Assembly (NCBI GenBank): GCA_963664835.2
Contig: CAXXUG010000011.1
Span: 69,434 to 133,433 of the forward strand
DNA: 64,000 nucleotides
Reading direction: 5' to 3'
DNA from: Chloroflexota bacterium
GTDB taxonomy: Bacteria; Chloroflexota; UBA6077; FW602-bin22; JBCLEL01
Part shown: piece by piece, positions 45,050-54,851 of the stretch
Layout: each line of letters opens with the position of its first letter
Numbering within the stretch: the first letter of the stretch is position 1
The notes under the pieces: generated by a model
Told to the model about the DNA's origin: nothing
The model's input: only the letters and a program-made list of their open reading frames with translations
Databases searched by the model: none
Program-made: the position numbers and the translations under genes

Positions 45050-45910
45050 ATGCCGGCCATTCGCATCGACGGACGAAAATTGGCGTCCGCTCATCTGGAC
45101 AGACTGCAAGCAGAGATTACGGAGTTCGCCGAGCAGTTCGGCGCCGGCCCCAAGTTGGCAGTTGTGCGGGTGGGCGCTGACCAAGCGTCCGCCAGCTACG
45201 CCAGGCAGATTCGTCGGACATTCGAACGGCGGGGCGCCTCCTCGGTCGAGATCGAGCTGCCCGGCGACGCTGACACCGAGCGGGCTCTGGCCAAAATAAG
45301 GCGGTTGAACACCGACCCAGAGGTACACGGAATTATGCTCCAAGCTCCTCTGCCCGCCGGCATTCCCTGGCGTCAGGTAGCGGATGCGGTTGCCCCGGAA
45401 AAAGACGTGGACGGTGTCACCTCCACAAATCTTGGTCTCTTGGCGGCTGGCGACGGCTCGGCGATGCCGCCGGCCACCCCGGCTGGCGGCATGGAGATAC
45501 TGCGCGATAGCGGTGTGAGAATCGTTGGTTCTCTTGCGACCGTGGTCGGCCGGTCCAACGTCGTAGGACTTCCGATGGCGCTAATGCTCGTCCGTGCGCA
45601 TAGCACGGTCACTGTCTGCCACACCAGAACGCCGGACATGGCGGCAGCGTGCCGGTCCGCCGACATCCTCTGCGTTGCGGCCGGTCGCTCTCATCTGGTC
45701 ACGGCTGACATGGTGAAGCCAGGCGCTGTGGTGCTGGATTTCGGCGTGAATTTCGCCAATGGCAAGATGGTCGGCGATGTAGCGTTCGAAGAGGTGGCTC
45801 GCGTCGCCGGCGCTATCACGCCTGTGCCTGGGGGAACCGGCCCGATGACGAACGTATGCCTGTTGGCCAACACACTGTTGGCGGCTCGACGCGCGATGGA
45901 TAAGGGATAA
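45050..45910 (+). CDS. folD: Bifunctional methylene-THF dehydrogenase / methenyl-THF cyclohydrolase
   Basis: GGGAGG SD. Motifs: LAVVRVGADQASASYARQ, HGIMLQAPLP, VVGRSNVVGLPMALML, TPVPGGTGPMT. Confidence 0.92.
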   Translation: MPAIRIDGRKLASAHLDRLQAEITEFAEQFGAGPKLAVVRVGADQASASYARQIRRTFERRGASSVEIELPGDADTERALAKIRRLNTDPEVHGIMLQAPLPAGIPWRQVADAVAPEKDVDGVTSTNLGLLAAGDGSAMPPATPAGGMEILRDSGVRIVGSLATVVGRSNVVGLPMALMLVRAHSTVTVCHTRTPDMAAACRSADILCVAAGRSHLVTADMVKPGAVVLDFGVNFANGKMVGDVAFEEVARVAGAITPVPGGTGPMTNVCLLANTLLAARRAMDKG

Positions 45911-45964
45911 GGCCTAGGATCTGCGTCCCCACCGAAAAAGACTTGGTCGTAGACCTAGATTAGC

Positions 45965-47308
45965 TCAGGGCAGGCTGCCGGCCCGCGCCCCCGCGAACGC
46001 TTCAGCCCGACGGTCGTAACGTCTCAGGGCGATTACCGTCACGCCGGCGACAAGAATCAGGGCCACCGTACCGAAAATCAGGCCATCCATGTGCCACCTA
46101 TCGGCGAGCGGGCCACCTATTCCCGCGCCAACTAGCTGGCCTACACCCAGCAGCATTGAATAGGCGCCCATTACTGGACCCCGATGAACGGGATTTTCGT
46201 CCGATATGTCGGCGAGATAGGCCAGCGCCGCGGGAGTGAATCCTGCCAACACAAATACGGACACGCCCACAATCGCGGCCAGCACGATTATCTGCACAGT
46301 TGCGTGACTCGGGCTGTGATTGAGCGCGAAGAGGAACACGCCTTCGAACACGCCTCCACCGGTTGCTATCAGCATGATCGTAGTCTTCTTGATCCGCTCG
46401 AGCTGCAGGCTCCAGAAGAGCATTCCCGCTCCGAAAACCAGGCCGAAGAGTGCCATGCCATTGCCGATTTGATCGCCGGTAAAACCGCCGGCCAAGAGCT
46501 GCCCGGTCGCATCGTCCTCGGCCGCCTGCAGCACCGCGTGGGTCAACCACAGTCCGAGCACGCCATTCACCGCCAACCAGGCCGGCGCGAACCTAAGCAA
46601 ATGGACATTCTTCAATATGGACAAGGATTCGAGTATCCGGTGCCTGCTGCCGGAGCGACTCGAGACTTCTCGAACGGTCCAGAAGGCCACTGCGGCGAGA
46701 ATATATGATGCCAGGCTGACAAACAGCGCGTCGGGACCGAACTGGTCCCAGAGCTTGGCTCCCAGGACCGCACCTCCCAGCAACCCCCCTGCCGTGGCGA
46801 TCTCGTACACGCCGACGATTCGACCGCGTAGTCCGACATCTTCAACGCTGGTTTCCGCTATGTATCCGAGAGTAGCCGGTGCCGAGCTGGCGGTTGAGAA
46901 TCCCTTGAGAAAAAAGATTGTCAGGAGGATCAATATAGTGACGGTAGCCGGCAGTCTCACGTTTGACTCCAGCGAGACGCCGACGATGAGCAGTGTGATC
47001 GCCACCGCACCGCAGGCGACGCCCAGCTCCATGTAGCGCCGCCGGCCCGATCTGTCCGATAGCGCTCCGAATATCGGCGCCGTACTCAACTCCGCCAGAT
47101 AGAACGCGATCGTGAACAGGCTCAAGAGCGAGGCGCTGCCCAACGTGATGAGGCCAGCTACTCTGATGTCGCCTGAAACGCTGGGCAGATATGGACCCGC
47201 AAGAATCAACGCTGTGAGCGAGGCGGACGCCGCCGAAGCGATTCTCAGCAGCAAGGAGCCGACCAGGCATCCCCACATGGGCAGCGGAATCGAGAAGAGC
47301 CTAGTCAT
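45965..47308 (-). CDS. MFS transporter
   Basis: 447 aa with about 12 hydrophobic segments and the MFS loop motif GALSDRSGRRR. Confidence 0.85.
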   Translation of the reverse strand: MTRLFSIPLPMWGCLVGSLLLRIASAASASLTALILAGPYLPSVSGDIRVAGLITLGSASLLSLFTIAFYLAELSTAPIFGALSDRSGRRRYMELGVACGAVAITLLIVGVSLESNVRLPATVTILILLTIFFLKGFSTASSAPATLGYIAETSVEDVGLRGRIVGVYEIATAGGLLGGAVLGAKLWDQFGPDALFVSLASYILAAVAFWTVREVSSRSGSRHRILESLSILKNVHLLRFAPAWLAVNGVLGLWLTHAVLQAAEDDATGQLLAGGFTGDQIGNGMALFGLVFGAGMLFWSLQLERIKKTTIMLIATGGGVFEGVFLFALNHSPSHATVQIIVLAAIVGVSVFVLAGFTPAALAYLADISDENPVHRGPVMGAYSMLLGVGQLVGAGIGGPLADRWHMDGLIFGTVALILVAGVTVIALRRYDRRAEAFAGARAGSLP

Positions 47309-47421
47309 CAGCGGTCGACGTGGGTCACTAGCGCGAAGGCGCCGCGATCACGGGCAGCGGACAGCGGGCAGGGGATCCTGTTGGCGAACCTGGGACGATT
47401 CTAGGCTGTCGGTTTTCGCGG

Positions 47422-47889
47422 CTATCCAATTTCGTCAAGATCAGCGAGAACCGCCGCCGAGTGCCCACTCGGCGAAACCTGCGGATACGTCTTCTTGATC
47501 AGGCCATCCTCGCCAATAATGAACGTGCTGCGCAGCAACCCCGTGAACTTCCTTCCATCGCGCTCCTGCTCCCCCCACGCGCCGTAGGCTTCAATCGCCT
47601 CGCGGTTGGGGTCCGCAAGAAGAGGGAACTGCAGCGAAAACTTCTTGGCAAATGCCAGGTGTGAGTCCAAGTCGTCCGGGCTGACGCCGAGAACCTCGGC
47701 GTTACGTTCCGTGTACTTATCGTAGTCGTCACGAAACGCTGTCGACTCGACCGTTCAACCAGGTGTGTCATCCCTCCCGTAGAAATAGAGGACAACAGTC
47801 TTCTTACCGGCAAAATCGTCCAGGGATATGCTCCCGCCGGTCGAGGACGGTAGAGTGAACTTAGGTGCGGCCTCGCCGGCTTGGGGCAT
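47422..47889 (-). CDS. Bcp/PrxQ-type peroxiredoxin with in-frame TGA at the peroxidatic Cys position (candidate selenoprotein, or a nonsense pseudogene)
   Basis: Hand translation from ATG 47889 gives MPQAGEAAPKFTLPSSTGGSISLDDFAGKKTVVLYFYGRDDTPG-TGA-TVESTAFRDDYDKY...LGVSPDDLDSHLAFAKKF.... It aligns with E. coli Bcp FYPKAMTPGCTVQACGLRD. The TGA is at 47757-47755. The supplied ORF track shows only the C-terminal 82 aa. Confidence 0.65.
47725..47746 (-). promoter_or_regulatory. Possible bacterial SECIS-like hairpin downstream of the in-frame UGA
   Basis: GUCGACAGCGUUUCGUGACGAC starts 11 nt after the U of UGA. It forms a GUCG/CGAC stem plus CA/UG pairs, and the apical region contains GU about 20 nt from the UGA. 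Hand-folded only. Confidence 0.3.
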
Positions 47890-47942
47890 CCTGTTTCGAG
47901 TCAATCGTTACCTCGCTTTCGCACTGTTTGTCGCGGGCACAC

Positions 47943-48485
47943 TCAGCTAGTGGGCTTCCACTTGATGATGCATCCGATAGGCTTGGTCTCGGCCACCGGA
48001 ACCTCCCGGCCGGCCAGGATCGATTCTACCGCATCTCGGAAGTAGCTAACTGTGACGTCCTCGGGACGCTCGTAATTGTCGTCAAAAGCGCCGTGATACC
48101 GCATCCGCCTATCCTGATCGAACAGGAATATCTCCGGCGTACGCTCGGCGCCGTATGCCCGGGCGACCTCCTGGGACTCGTCGTAAAGATACGGGAACGG
48201 ATATCCCTTCGCATCGGCTCGCATCTTCATACGCTCGAAACCGTCGGCAGGCATGGCATTGGCGTCGTTCGAGCTGATTATGACCATTGAAAGGCCCTGA
48301 TCTGCGTAGTCACGTTGTGCATCGATCAACCGACCCTCCCAAGCCTGGGCGAACGGACAGTGGTTGCAGTTGAACACGATGGCAACCGCCTTTCTGTCGG
48401 CGAGAGCGCTCAGGCTGTGGTGATTGCCGTCGACGCCGGGCAGATCATAGCTGATCGCCTCGTCGCCTAAATTCAAGTTTGCCAA
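47943..48485 (-). CDS. Thioredoxin-fold (AhpC/TSA-redoxin-like) protein with a CNHCP motif
   Basis: AVAIVFNCNHCPFAQAW (CxxC) and the C-terminal PIGCIIKWKP typical of this redoxin subfamily. Confidence 0.8.
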   Translation of the reverse strand: MANLNLGDEAISYDLPGVDGNHHSLSALADRKAVAIVFNCNHCPFAQAWEGRLIDAQRDYADQGLSMVIISSNDANAMPADGFERMKMRADAKGYPFPYLYDESQEVARAYGAERTPEIFLFDQDRRMRYHGAFDDNYERPEDVTVSYFRDAVESILAGREVPVAETKPIGCIIKWKPTS

Positions 48486-48514
48486 TTCGTATCAAACCTC
48501 CATTCGGATCATAT

Positions 48515-48841
48515 TCAGTCCTTGGCGGCGAGTAGCCCACGCCGGATCGTGTCCTTCGAGGGCAAGGGGGAGATGCGGCCATCTTCGTGGCGGTAGGTTC
48601 TGCAGGTTAGTCCATAGTAAACGTCACCGACCGGCGGATCGATGTCACGTCCATCTACCAGGATGGTCGGTGATCCGGGAAACCCTATCTCGCGGGCCTT
48701 TTCGTCGGTTGTGATCTCGGTTCGGACAATCGTAGCTTCGATCCCTTCCTCCCGCATAGTGTCCTCCAACCGCTCTAAGCATTGGTGGTGCGAGGGGCAC
48801 TCTTCCCAGAAGAGGAAGTCGATTCTCTTCGGTCCTTCCAT
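48515..48841 (-). CDS. Small thioredoxin-fold protein of unknown function
   Basis: 108 aa. IDFLFWEECPSHHQC followed by GFPGSPTILVDG (cis-Pro-loop-like). It is first in the three-gene minus-strand redox cluster. Confidence 0.6.
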   Translation of the reverse strand: MEGPKRIDFLFWEECPSHHQCLERLEDTMREEGIEATIVRTEITTDEKAREIGFPGSPTILVDGRDIDPPVGDVYYGLTCRTYRHEDGRISPLPSKDTIRRGLLAAKD

Positions 48842-49163
48842 TGGATAAATCCTCGTTTCGTTGTCGATCGCTCGAAGTGATTATAAGTTAGCGTGAAACG
48901 GCCGTACAATGTGCGCCGCGCTCGGCAATCAGGCGGCTAACCGTCGAAAACCGGCCCTCCCGGGAATGGCGTAGTCGCGGATTCATCTCTGATTTCGGAC
49001 TGGAGCAAAAGAGCGCAGGCGCCCTCCAGAGATCAAGCGGAGATCGATATGCTTAAGAATTGATGGTCTGCCATCCATTTTTAGATGATCATGTCACTCT
49101 CACGATGCAACTTCGCATCACGCCTACGAGGGACCAAGTGTATAAGGAACAGGGCGGCCTGAC

Positions 49164-51308
49164 TTGGCAATAGAAACTTCGACGGTGCCGGGCGTAAGTA
49201 CCAAGCTTCATGTGACCGGAATGGATTGCTCCGATTGCGCTGCGTCCATCGGCCGAAACGTCGGCAAAATGGAGGGCGTAATCTCGGCCGAAGTCAGCTT
49301 CGCAACATCCAGAATGATCGTAGCCCACGACGAAACCCTGCCCGTCTCCAAGATCATTGCGACAGTAGAACAAAGTGGCTACGGCGCAACAGTCGCATTC
49401 GACGCTCAAGAGTCGGACACAAAAACGGAGGGCATGTGGATACCTGAGAGCCGAGTGGTGGAGACTTGTGCCTCAGGACTGGCGACGGCGGCAGGCTTCG
49501 TCGCAATCGCGGTCAACGCACCTGTGGTTGCCCAGGGACTTTTCGGGATAGCAATCGTGTTCGGCGGCTATCGCTTTGCCCGCCGTGGCGCTTATTCATT
49601 GGTTCGCTCCCGCGCGCTGGACATGAACGTGTTGATGTCGCTTGCTGTAGTTGGCGCCATCATTCTCGGGCATTGGGAAGAAGCGGCCGTAGTATCGTTT
49701 CTTTTCGCCCTCGGGAACTTGCTCGAGTCCCATACCATCGGGCGTGCGCGTGGCGCGATCAACGACCTGATTAAGCTAACGCCGGCGGAGGCGCGGGTTC
49801 GGCGGGGCGACCGGCGAGTCTCGCTGCCATCGAGCGAAATCAAAGTGGACGACGTGATTGTCCTGGCCGCCGGCGAGCGTATCCCTCTCGATGGACAGGT
49901 AATTGCCGGCGGCTCGTCGGTGGACCAGGCTCCCATCACCGGTGAATCGATGCCTGTCGATAAGAGCATCGGCGACGAAGTCTTCGCCGGTTCTATCAAT
50001 GGCGAAGGATATCTCGAGGTTAAAGTAAGCCGGCCATATCACGAGAATACGATCAATCGCATAGTCCGGTCGGTAGAGGAGGCCCAGGCAAGGAAAGCGC
50101 CAATCGAACGCTTGGTTGACAGCTTCGCCCGGCGTTACACGCCGGCAGTTGTCGCCATCGCGATCTTGATGATGTTGGTTCCCTGGCTCGGCTTCGGCCA
50201 GACATTCGAATCGGGATTCTACCGGGCGTTGGTTCTCCTGGTAATCGCTTGCCCATGCGCTTTGGTGATCTCGACGCCGGTTGCGACTGTCGCGGGCATC
50301 GCCCGAGCGGCGCGGGCCGGCCTGCTGATAAAGGGTGGGGCATACCTGGAGGCCGCTCGCTCGATTCGGGCGGTCGCCTTCGACAAGACCGGTACGCTTA
50401 CACACGGACGGCCGGCGGTCGTGGATATTGTGCCGGTAGATGGCACGCCAGTAGACGACGTGCTTAGAATCGCGGCAGCTATCGAGTCTCAATCGAGCCA
50501 TCCATTTGCTCTGGCGATACAGTGGCACCACCGGCACACCGGCGCATCGATGGCGCCGGCATCAGACTTCGCCGTGTTGACCGGAAGGGGAGCGCGAGCA
50601 AGGATTGACGGCCGGCTCTGCCACATAGGCAGCGGTCGGCTCTTCGACGAGCTGCGCGTAGACTACAGCGAGCTGAGCGAGGCGATGACGCACCACGAGT
50701 CGACGGGCCGGACTACGCTACTGGTGGCTGCAGATGGCAGGTGCTTGGGACTTGTCGCCGTCGAAGACACGATCAGACCGGAGGCGCGTGGGGTGGTGGA
50801 AGCCTTGCATCGGGCCGGGGTAAGACCGGTCGTGATACTCTCCGGCGACCATGAACGAACGGCCCGAGTGGTAGCTGACCGCGTTGGCTCCGACGAGGTG
50901 AGAGCGGGGTTGCTGCCGGAGCAGAAGTCAGGCGCTATCGCCGGACTGATCGCTCAACACGGGCCGGTGGCAATGATCGGTGATGGCGTCAATGACGCGC
51001 CGGCGCTGGCCAGCGCCTCCGTTGGCATGGCCATGGGCGTCGTTGGGTCGGATGTCGCGCTCGAGACCGCCGACATCGCGCTGATGTCCGACGATCTGAG
51101 CAAGATCCCGGCCGTCATCCGGTTCAGTGGCACGGCAGTTGAGACTATCCGGCAGAACATTGCGATTTCACTGGCCGCGAAAGTGGTCTTCGTTGCGCTC
51201 GGCGGTTTGGGGTTCGTCGGACTATGGATAGCAGTCTTCGCCGACATGGGAATTTCGCTGTTGGTGACCGCCAATGCCATGCGGCTCCTGCGTTCACGGG
51301 ACCTCTGA
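49164..51308 (+). CDS. Heavy-metal translocating P1B-type ATPase (Zn/Cd/Pb-type by motif)
   Basis: HMA domain GMDCSDCAASI, CPC in CPCALVISTP, DKTGTLT, GDGVNDAPAL, and a TM8-like FADMGISLLVTANAMRLL. TTG start at 49164. Confidence 0.92.
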   Translation: MAIETSTVPGVSTKLHVTGMDCSDCAASIGRNVGKMEGVISAEVSFATSRMIVAHDETLPVSKIIATVEQSGYGATVAFDAQESDTKTEGMWIPESRVVETCASGLATAAGFVAIAVNAPVVAQGLFGIAIVFGGYRFARRGAYSLVRSRALDMNVLMSLAVVGAIILGHWEEAAVVSFLFALGNLLESHTIGRARGAINDLIKLTPAEARVRRGDRRVSLPSSEIKVDDVIVLAAGERIPLDGQVIAGGSSVDQAPITGESMPVDKSIGDEVFAGSINGEGYLEVKVSRPYHENTINRIVRSVEEAQARKAPIERLVDSFARRYTPAVVAIAILMMLVPWLGFGQTFESGFYRALVLLVIACPCALVISTPVATVAGIARAARAGLLIKGGAYLEAARSIRAVAFDKTGTLTHGRPAVVDIVPVDGTPVDDVLRIAAAIESQSSHPFALAIQWHHRHTGASMAPASDFAVLTGRGARARIDGRLCHIGSGRLFDELRVDYSELSEAMTHHESTGRTTLLVAADGRCLGLVAVEDTIRPEARGVVEALHRAGVRPVVILSGDHERTARVVADRVGSDEVRAGLLPEQKSGAIAGLIAQHGPVAMIGDGVNDAPALASASVGMAMGVVGSDVALETADIALMSDDLSKIPAVIRFSGTAVETIRQNIAISLAAKVVFVALGGLGFVGLWIAVFADMGISLLVTANAMRLLRSRDL

Positions 51309-51483
51309 CGCGGGCGCGCTCTTAGAACGCATCGTTTTCTCGTTTACGATAGCGATTTCGCCCAACGCAATGCCTTCAACGGCGAAGAGATAGGCTCATA
51401 GTCCGGTCGGAGGCAAATTATCAACGATTGATTATCATTAGGCTTACGCCGCTTGGCGAATATCTCACATGGGAGGGTGTCGA

Positions 51484-52266
51484 ATGAGAGTCGAGAGGTA
51501 TGGAAACACATCTTTGCAAGTATCGAAGATATGCTATGGCACGGGATTGACGGGACCCCTTCGATTCAAGCGGACACCCGCCGAGGGCGGCCGGCTGTTC
51601 CGCTACGCCCACGAGCGCGGCATCAACTTCTGGGATACAGCTGATGGGTACAGGACCCACCCCCACGTTGCCGAGGGTCTGCAAGGTCTGGAACGTGAAT
51701 CGGTGGTGGTCAATACGAAGACGGGTTCTAAGGGCTACTCTTCGGCCCTCGCCGACGTCGAACGGTTTCTTCGCGAGCTCCGGACAGAATACGTTGACAT
51801 CGTGCTGCTGCACGGCGTCGAAACCTTGGAGGATTTCAGGTCGCGCCGTGGCGCGCTCGATGGGCTCCTCGAAGCGAAGTCACGTGGTTGGGTGCGCGCA
51901 GTGGGCCTGTCCAGTCACCTCGCTACCGGTCGAATCATCGAAGAGGTGGCCAGATCGACCGAGATCAAGGTCCTGTTGACTCTTTACAACCAGAGCGGGC
52001 TAATGCTGCACAGTGGAACTATTGCCGAGCATAGCCGGCTACTCGAAGACGTGTACAGGGCCGGCAAGGGAATTTGCTTGATGAAGGTGCTCGCCGATGG
52101 CGCTCTGGCCGGCTCGGCCGAGGAAGCGATACGGCAGGCGGTGGAATATCCTTACGCCCATTCGGCCACGATCGGGTTCCGGGACGAGCATCAGATCGAC
52201 ATGGCCGTTCGAATCGCGGAAGGCAAGTCGGTGGCGCCGGATCTTGTCGAGCAGGCGGTAGGCTGA
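51484..52266 (+). CDS. Aldo/keto reductase
   Basis: GGGAGGG SD before ATG 51484. Motifs: MRVERYGNTSLQVSKICYGT, INFWDTADGY, GWVRAVGLSSH. Confidence 0.85.
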   Translation: MRVERYGNTSLQVSKICYGTGLTGPLRFKRTPAEGGRLFRYAHERGINFWDTADGYRTHPHVAEGLQGLERESVVVNTKTGSKGYSSALADVERFLRELRTEYVDIVLLHGVETLEDFRSRRGALDGLLEAKSRGWVRAVGLSSHLATGRIIEEVARSTEIKVLLTLYNQSGLMLHSGTIAEHSRLLEDVYRAGKGICLMKVLADGALAGSAEEAIRQAVEYPYAHSATIGFRDEHQIDMAVRIAEGKSVAPDLVEQAVG

Positions 52267-52365
52267 TCCTTTACCTGAAGGTCTTCGCCACCGTCCCAGT
52301 CCGGCCGCGCAACCGGCGACAGGTTACCGAGTAGGGGCACGATCACCATCGGGAGGGTCAGTACT

Positions 52366-53502
52366 ATGGGCAACGTCAGAGTCAAGGATCGGCGGGATGT
52401 AACTATATATCGCGATGAGTTCGCCTATGTATCGCATCCGACCGTGGCCAAGCTGCAAAACGGCGACTACCTGGTCGCCTTCAACGAGAGCCTGGTCCGC
52501 CAGCCGTACACTCATCCGCCATCGGATCCCCGCTATGTGAACCTGATCTCGCGAAGTCGGGACGGGGGATTTACCTGGGAGCTTCCACGAGTCGCACCAG
52601 GCTATGAGTGGACCGGCGTCGAGTGCCCGGGCATTATCCAGATATCCAGCGGTGAGGTCCTGCTCAATCAGTGGCAGTTCAAGTGGTACCCTCTCGAGAC
52701 AGGGCGCAAGCTGGCAGCCGAAGCCTCGGATTCAGAGGAGATCCAGGCGTTCGACCCTACACAGCGGAAATGGCTAGCGTTCGAAGATGTCGTTGATTGG
52801 GAACAATCACCTTTCCCTTGGGCGCGGGGAGACTCCGGATGCTTCGTCAGCGTAAGCCGGGACGACGGAGCGACATGGGACACCTCCGTCAAGGTCGATA
52901 TTTCGCCTCACAGGCGCGGCTATAGCCCGCGTCCTCCCACCGAGCTCGAAGACGGCACTCTGCTGATGTCGCTCGGAGGCCATGATGCGTACAGAGTGAT
53001 CTACGTGGTTAGATCGACCGATCGGGGAAAGAGCTGGGGCCGGCAGGTTGCGGTCGCTGCCAGCAGTTCCGGATTCAGCTTCAGCGAGCCGGCGATTCTG
53101 GCCTTGGCCGATGGCAAGGTAACCGTGGTCTGGAGAGAGAACAACCATGGCCGGCTGTGCCAGTCCGACTCCTACGATGGCGGTCTTACGTGGACGGCGA
53201 TGCGGCAGACCGAAATGTGGGGATATCCCTGTCACCTGGTAGGTCTGTCAGACGGCAGGATCTTGTGCATCTACGGCCACCGCCGGCCGCCCTACGGAAT
53301 CAGGGCCTGCCTCAGTGCAGACCAGGGAGAAACCTGGGACATGGCGCACGAGCTGATCATCCGCGATGACATGAAGAACTCGAACCTAGGCTATCCCACG
53401 GCCATAGAGCAAGATGACGGTACTGTATTCGCGGCGTACTACGGCGAGAACAAAGAGGGCGTCACCTACGTGATGGGGTCCCACTTCGAGCTTCCATTCT
53501 GA
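52366..53502 (+). CDS. BNR/Asp-box repeat sialidase-like (GH33-like) beta-propeller protein
   Basis: Five Asp-boxes: SRDGGFTW, SRDDGATW, STDRGKSW, SYDGGLTW, SADQGETW. GGGAGGG SD. No signal peptide. Confidence 0.8.
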   Translation: MGNVRVKDRRDVTIYRDEFAYVSHPTVAKLQNGDYLVAFNESLVRQPYTHPPSDPRYVNLISRSRDGGFTWELPRVAPGYEWTGVECPGIIQISSGEVLLNQWQFKWYPLETGRKLAAEASDSEEIQAFDPTQRKWLAFEDVVDWEQSPFPWARGDSGCFVSVSRDDGATWDTSVKVDISPHRRGYSPRPPTELEDGTLLMSLGGHDAYRVIYVVRSTDRGKSWGRQVAVAASSSGFSFSEPAILALADGKVTVVWRENNHGRLCQSDSYDGGLTWTAMRQTEMWGYPCHLVGLSDGRILCIYGHRRPPYGIRACLSADQGETWDMAHELIIRDDMKNSNLGYPTAIEQDDGTVFAAYYGENKEGVTYVMGSHFELPF

Positions 53503-53541
53503 ACGATCCAAGCGCGAACTGCAATACGCTGCTGGGGGGAT

Positions 53542-53561
53542 CCCACCCGGTTGTGGGTGGG
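53542..53561. terminator. GC-rich hairpin between convergent genes
   Basis: CCCACCC-GGTTGT-GGGTGGG. No clear U-tract on either strand. Confidence 0.3.
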
Positions 53562-53618
53562 AAAGATCTTGGCCGGCGGTTAAGACTCGGTCTCCTGCCG
53601 GCCGTTCGAACGATCTCT

Positions 53619-54236
53619 CTAGTGATGCATCAAGAACTCGGCAAACTCGTCTATCTCCGAGGGTGACAGACTGAAGTTCGGCATCGCAGTTCCTGGCTTC
53701 ATGCTTGGTGGGTTCGCAAGCCACCTTTTCAAGTTATCGCCTGTCAACTCTATAGTGCCGGCGATCTGGGTACGTATAGACAGCCCCTCGAGCTGAGGTC
53801 CTGGACCGACCTGGCTGCCCTCTTCGCCAAACGCGTGGCATACCAGGCAACCCCGCGATCGTAGCCTTTCTATGCCCTCATTCCGGGACATGCCCCCACT
53901 CTCATGGGAATCCGCGGCGTGGAGCAGTTCGAACTCCGGCGTGGGTGTGGCCGTCAGGTATTGAGTTACCATCGTGGCTTCTGCACGGGAGACGCCGTAC
54001 AGGTCGAAAGGCTGGGAGAGAGCGACTATGCCGAGCACCAAGATCATGGCGCCGGCGGCAGCGACGCCGGTCGGGAGCAGATAGGCGGAGGCGACCTCCT
54101 CGACCGGCTTGTAGGTGCCGCCCGTCAGATGGTGCCAAATGCGCTTCGGGTAGTCGATTACAAGAGCAACGACTACAAGTGCCGCAAATGAAGCCAGGAT
54201 GGCGACAATTGTGACCAGAATGTTTTCGCTAGTCAT
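53619..54236 (-). CDS. Membrane-anchored c-type cytochrome
   Basis: Two N-terminal TM helices, heme-binding CLVCH (CxxCH) and a distal PGTAMPNF Met ligand context. Confidence 0.75.
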   Translation of the reverse strand: MTSENILVTIVAILASFAALVVVALVIDYPKRIWHHLTGGTYKPVEEVASAYLLPTGVAAAGAMILVLGIVALSQPFDLYGVSRAEATMVTQYLTATPTPEFELLHAADSHESGGMSRNEGIERLRSRGCLVCHAFGEEGSQVGPGPQLEGLSIRTQIAGTIELTGDNLKRWLANPPSMKPGTAMPNFSLSPSEIDEFAEFLMHH

Positions 54237-54851
54237 GCGGTATTACCTCGGTTCGGCCATCAACAGCCGAAAGCCCACCGCCGACATTAGGTGACAGTGG
54301 GCATTGAATTCAATCGTGGGCGCGTTCTTTATGGCCGCCATTTACCTAAATATTACAACTCATTCGATCAAAGTACCGCGCCACCCTAGAGTTTATCCTT
54401 GAACAGGCCTCAATTTCAAATGAGTTGCACGTCGAGTCGCGGAAACCTCGGTTCCGGCCACCTCAAATCGCCCACCTGCGTCCACGATTGGTCGGTTCGT
54501 GGGTTCTGGCGGACATTTGTTTTGCAAAAACTACCCTTTTTGAAACTGCCTTGCCCGAACTCATCGAGGCAGGTCGGAGTCTTGACCGGAGCTCAGTACC
54601 GGACGGCGTTGAGAGCCGGCTTCACAAATTTGTTTTGCATTTTTCATGTACGTTTTGCGATCCGCCAAATCTGGATGCGGAGCGCCTTTTCAAATCGGCG
54701 GTGTCCCATGTCCGGACCACCAATCAAGAACGTTTGTTTCTATTATACCACTGTTGGAATCGATTCCGCACCATCTTGTGTACCGCCAGCCGGACCGCTT
54801 GGCTTCTAGACCGAAGGGTGATGCGTTTCCGCACTATGTGCAGGTTTCGGA

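Noticed and set aside
47499-47813. A 104-aa minus-strand ORF overlapping the peroxiredoxin locus.
   Set aside because: It lies in an alternative frame of the peroxiredoxin gene and shows no homology. The peroxiredoxin frame, with its UGA, explains the region.
49062-49075. The GATGG-TCTG-CCATC palindrome in the divergent region upstream of the P-type ATPase, considered as a metalloregulator operator.
   Set aside because: The arms are only 5 bp, which is expected by chance in a 300-bp region. No regulator gene is adjacent.
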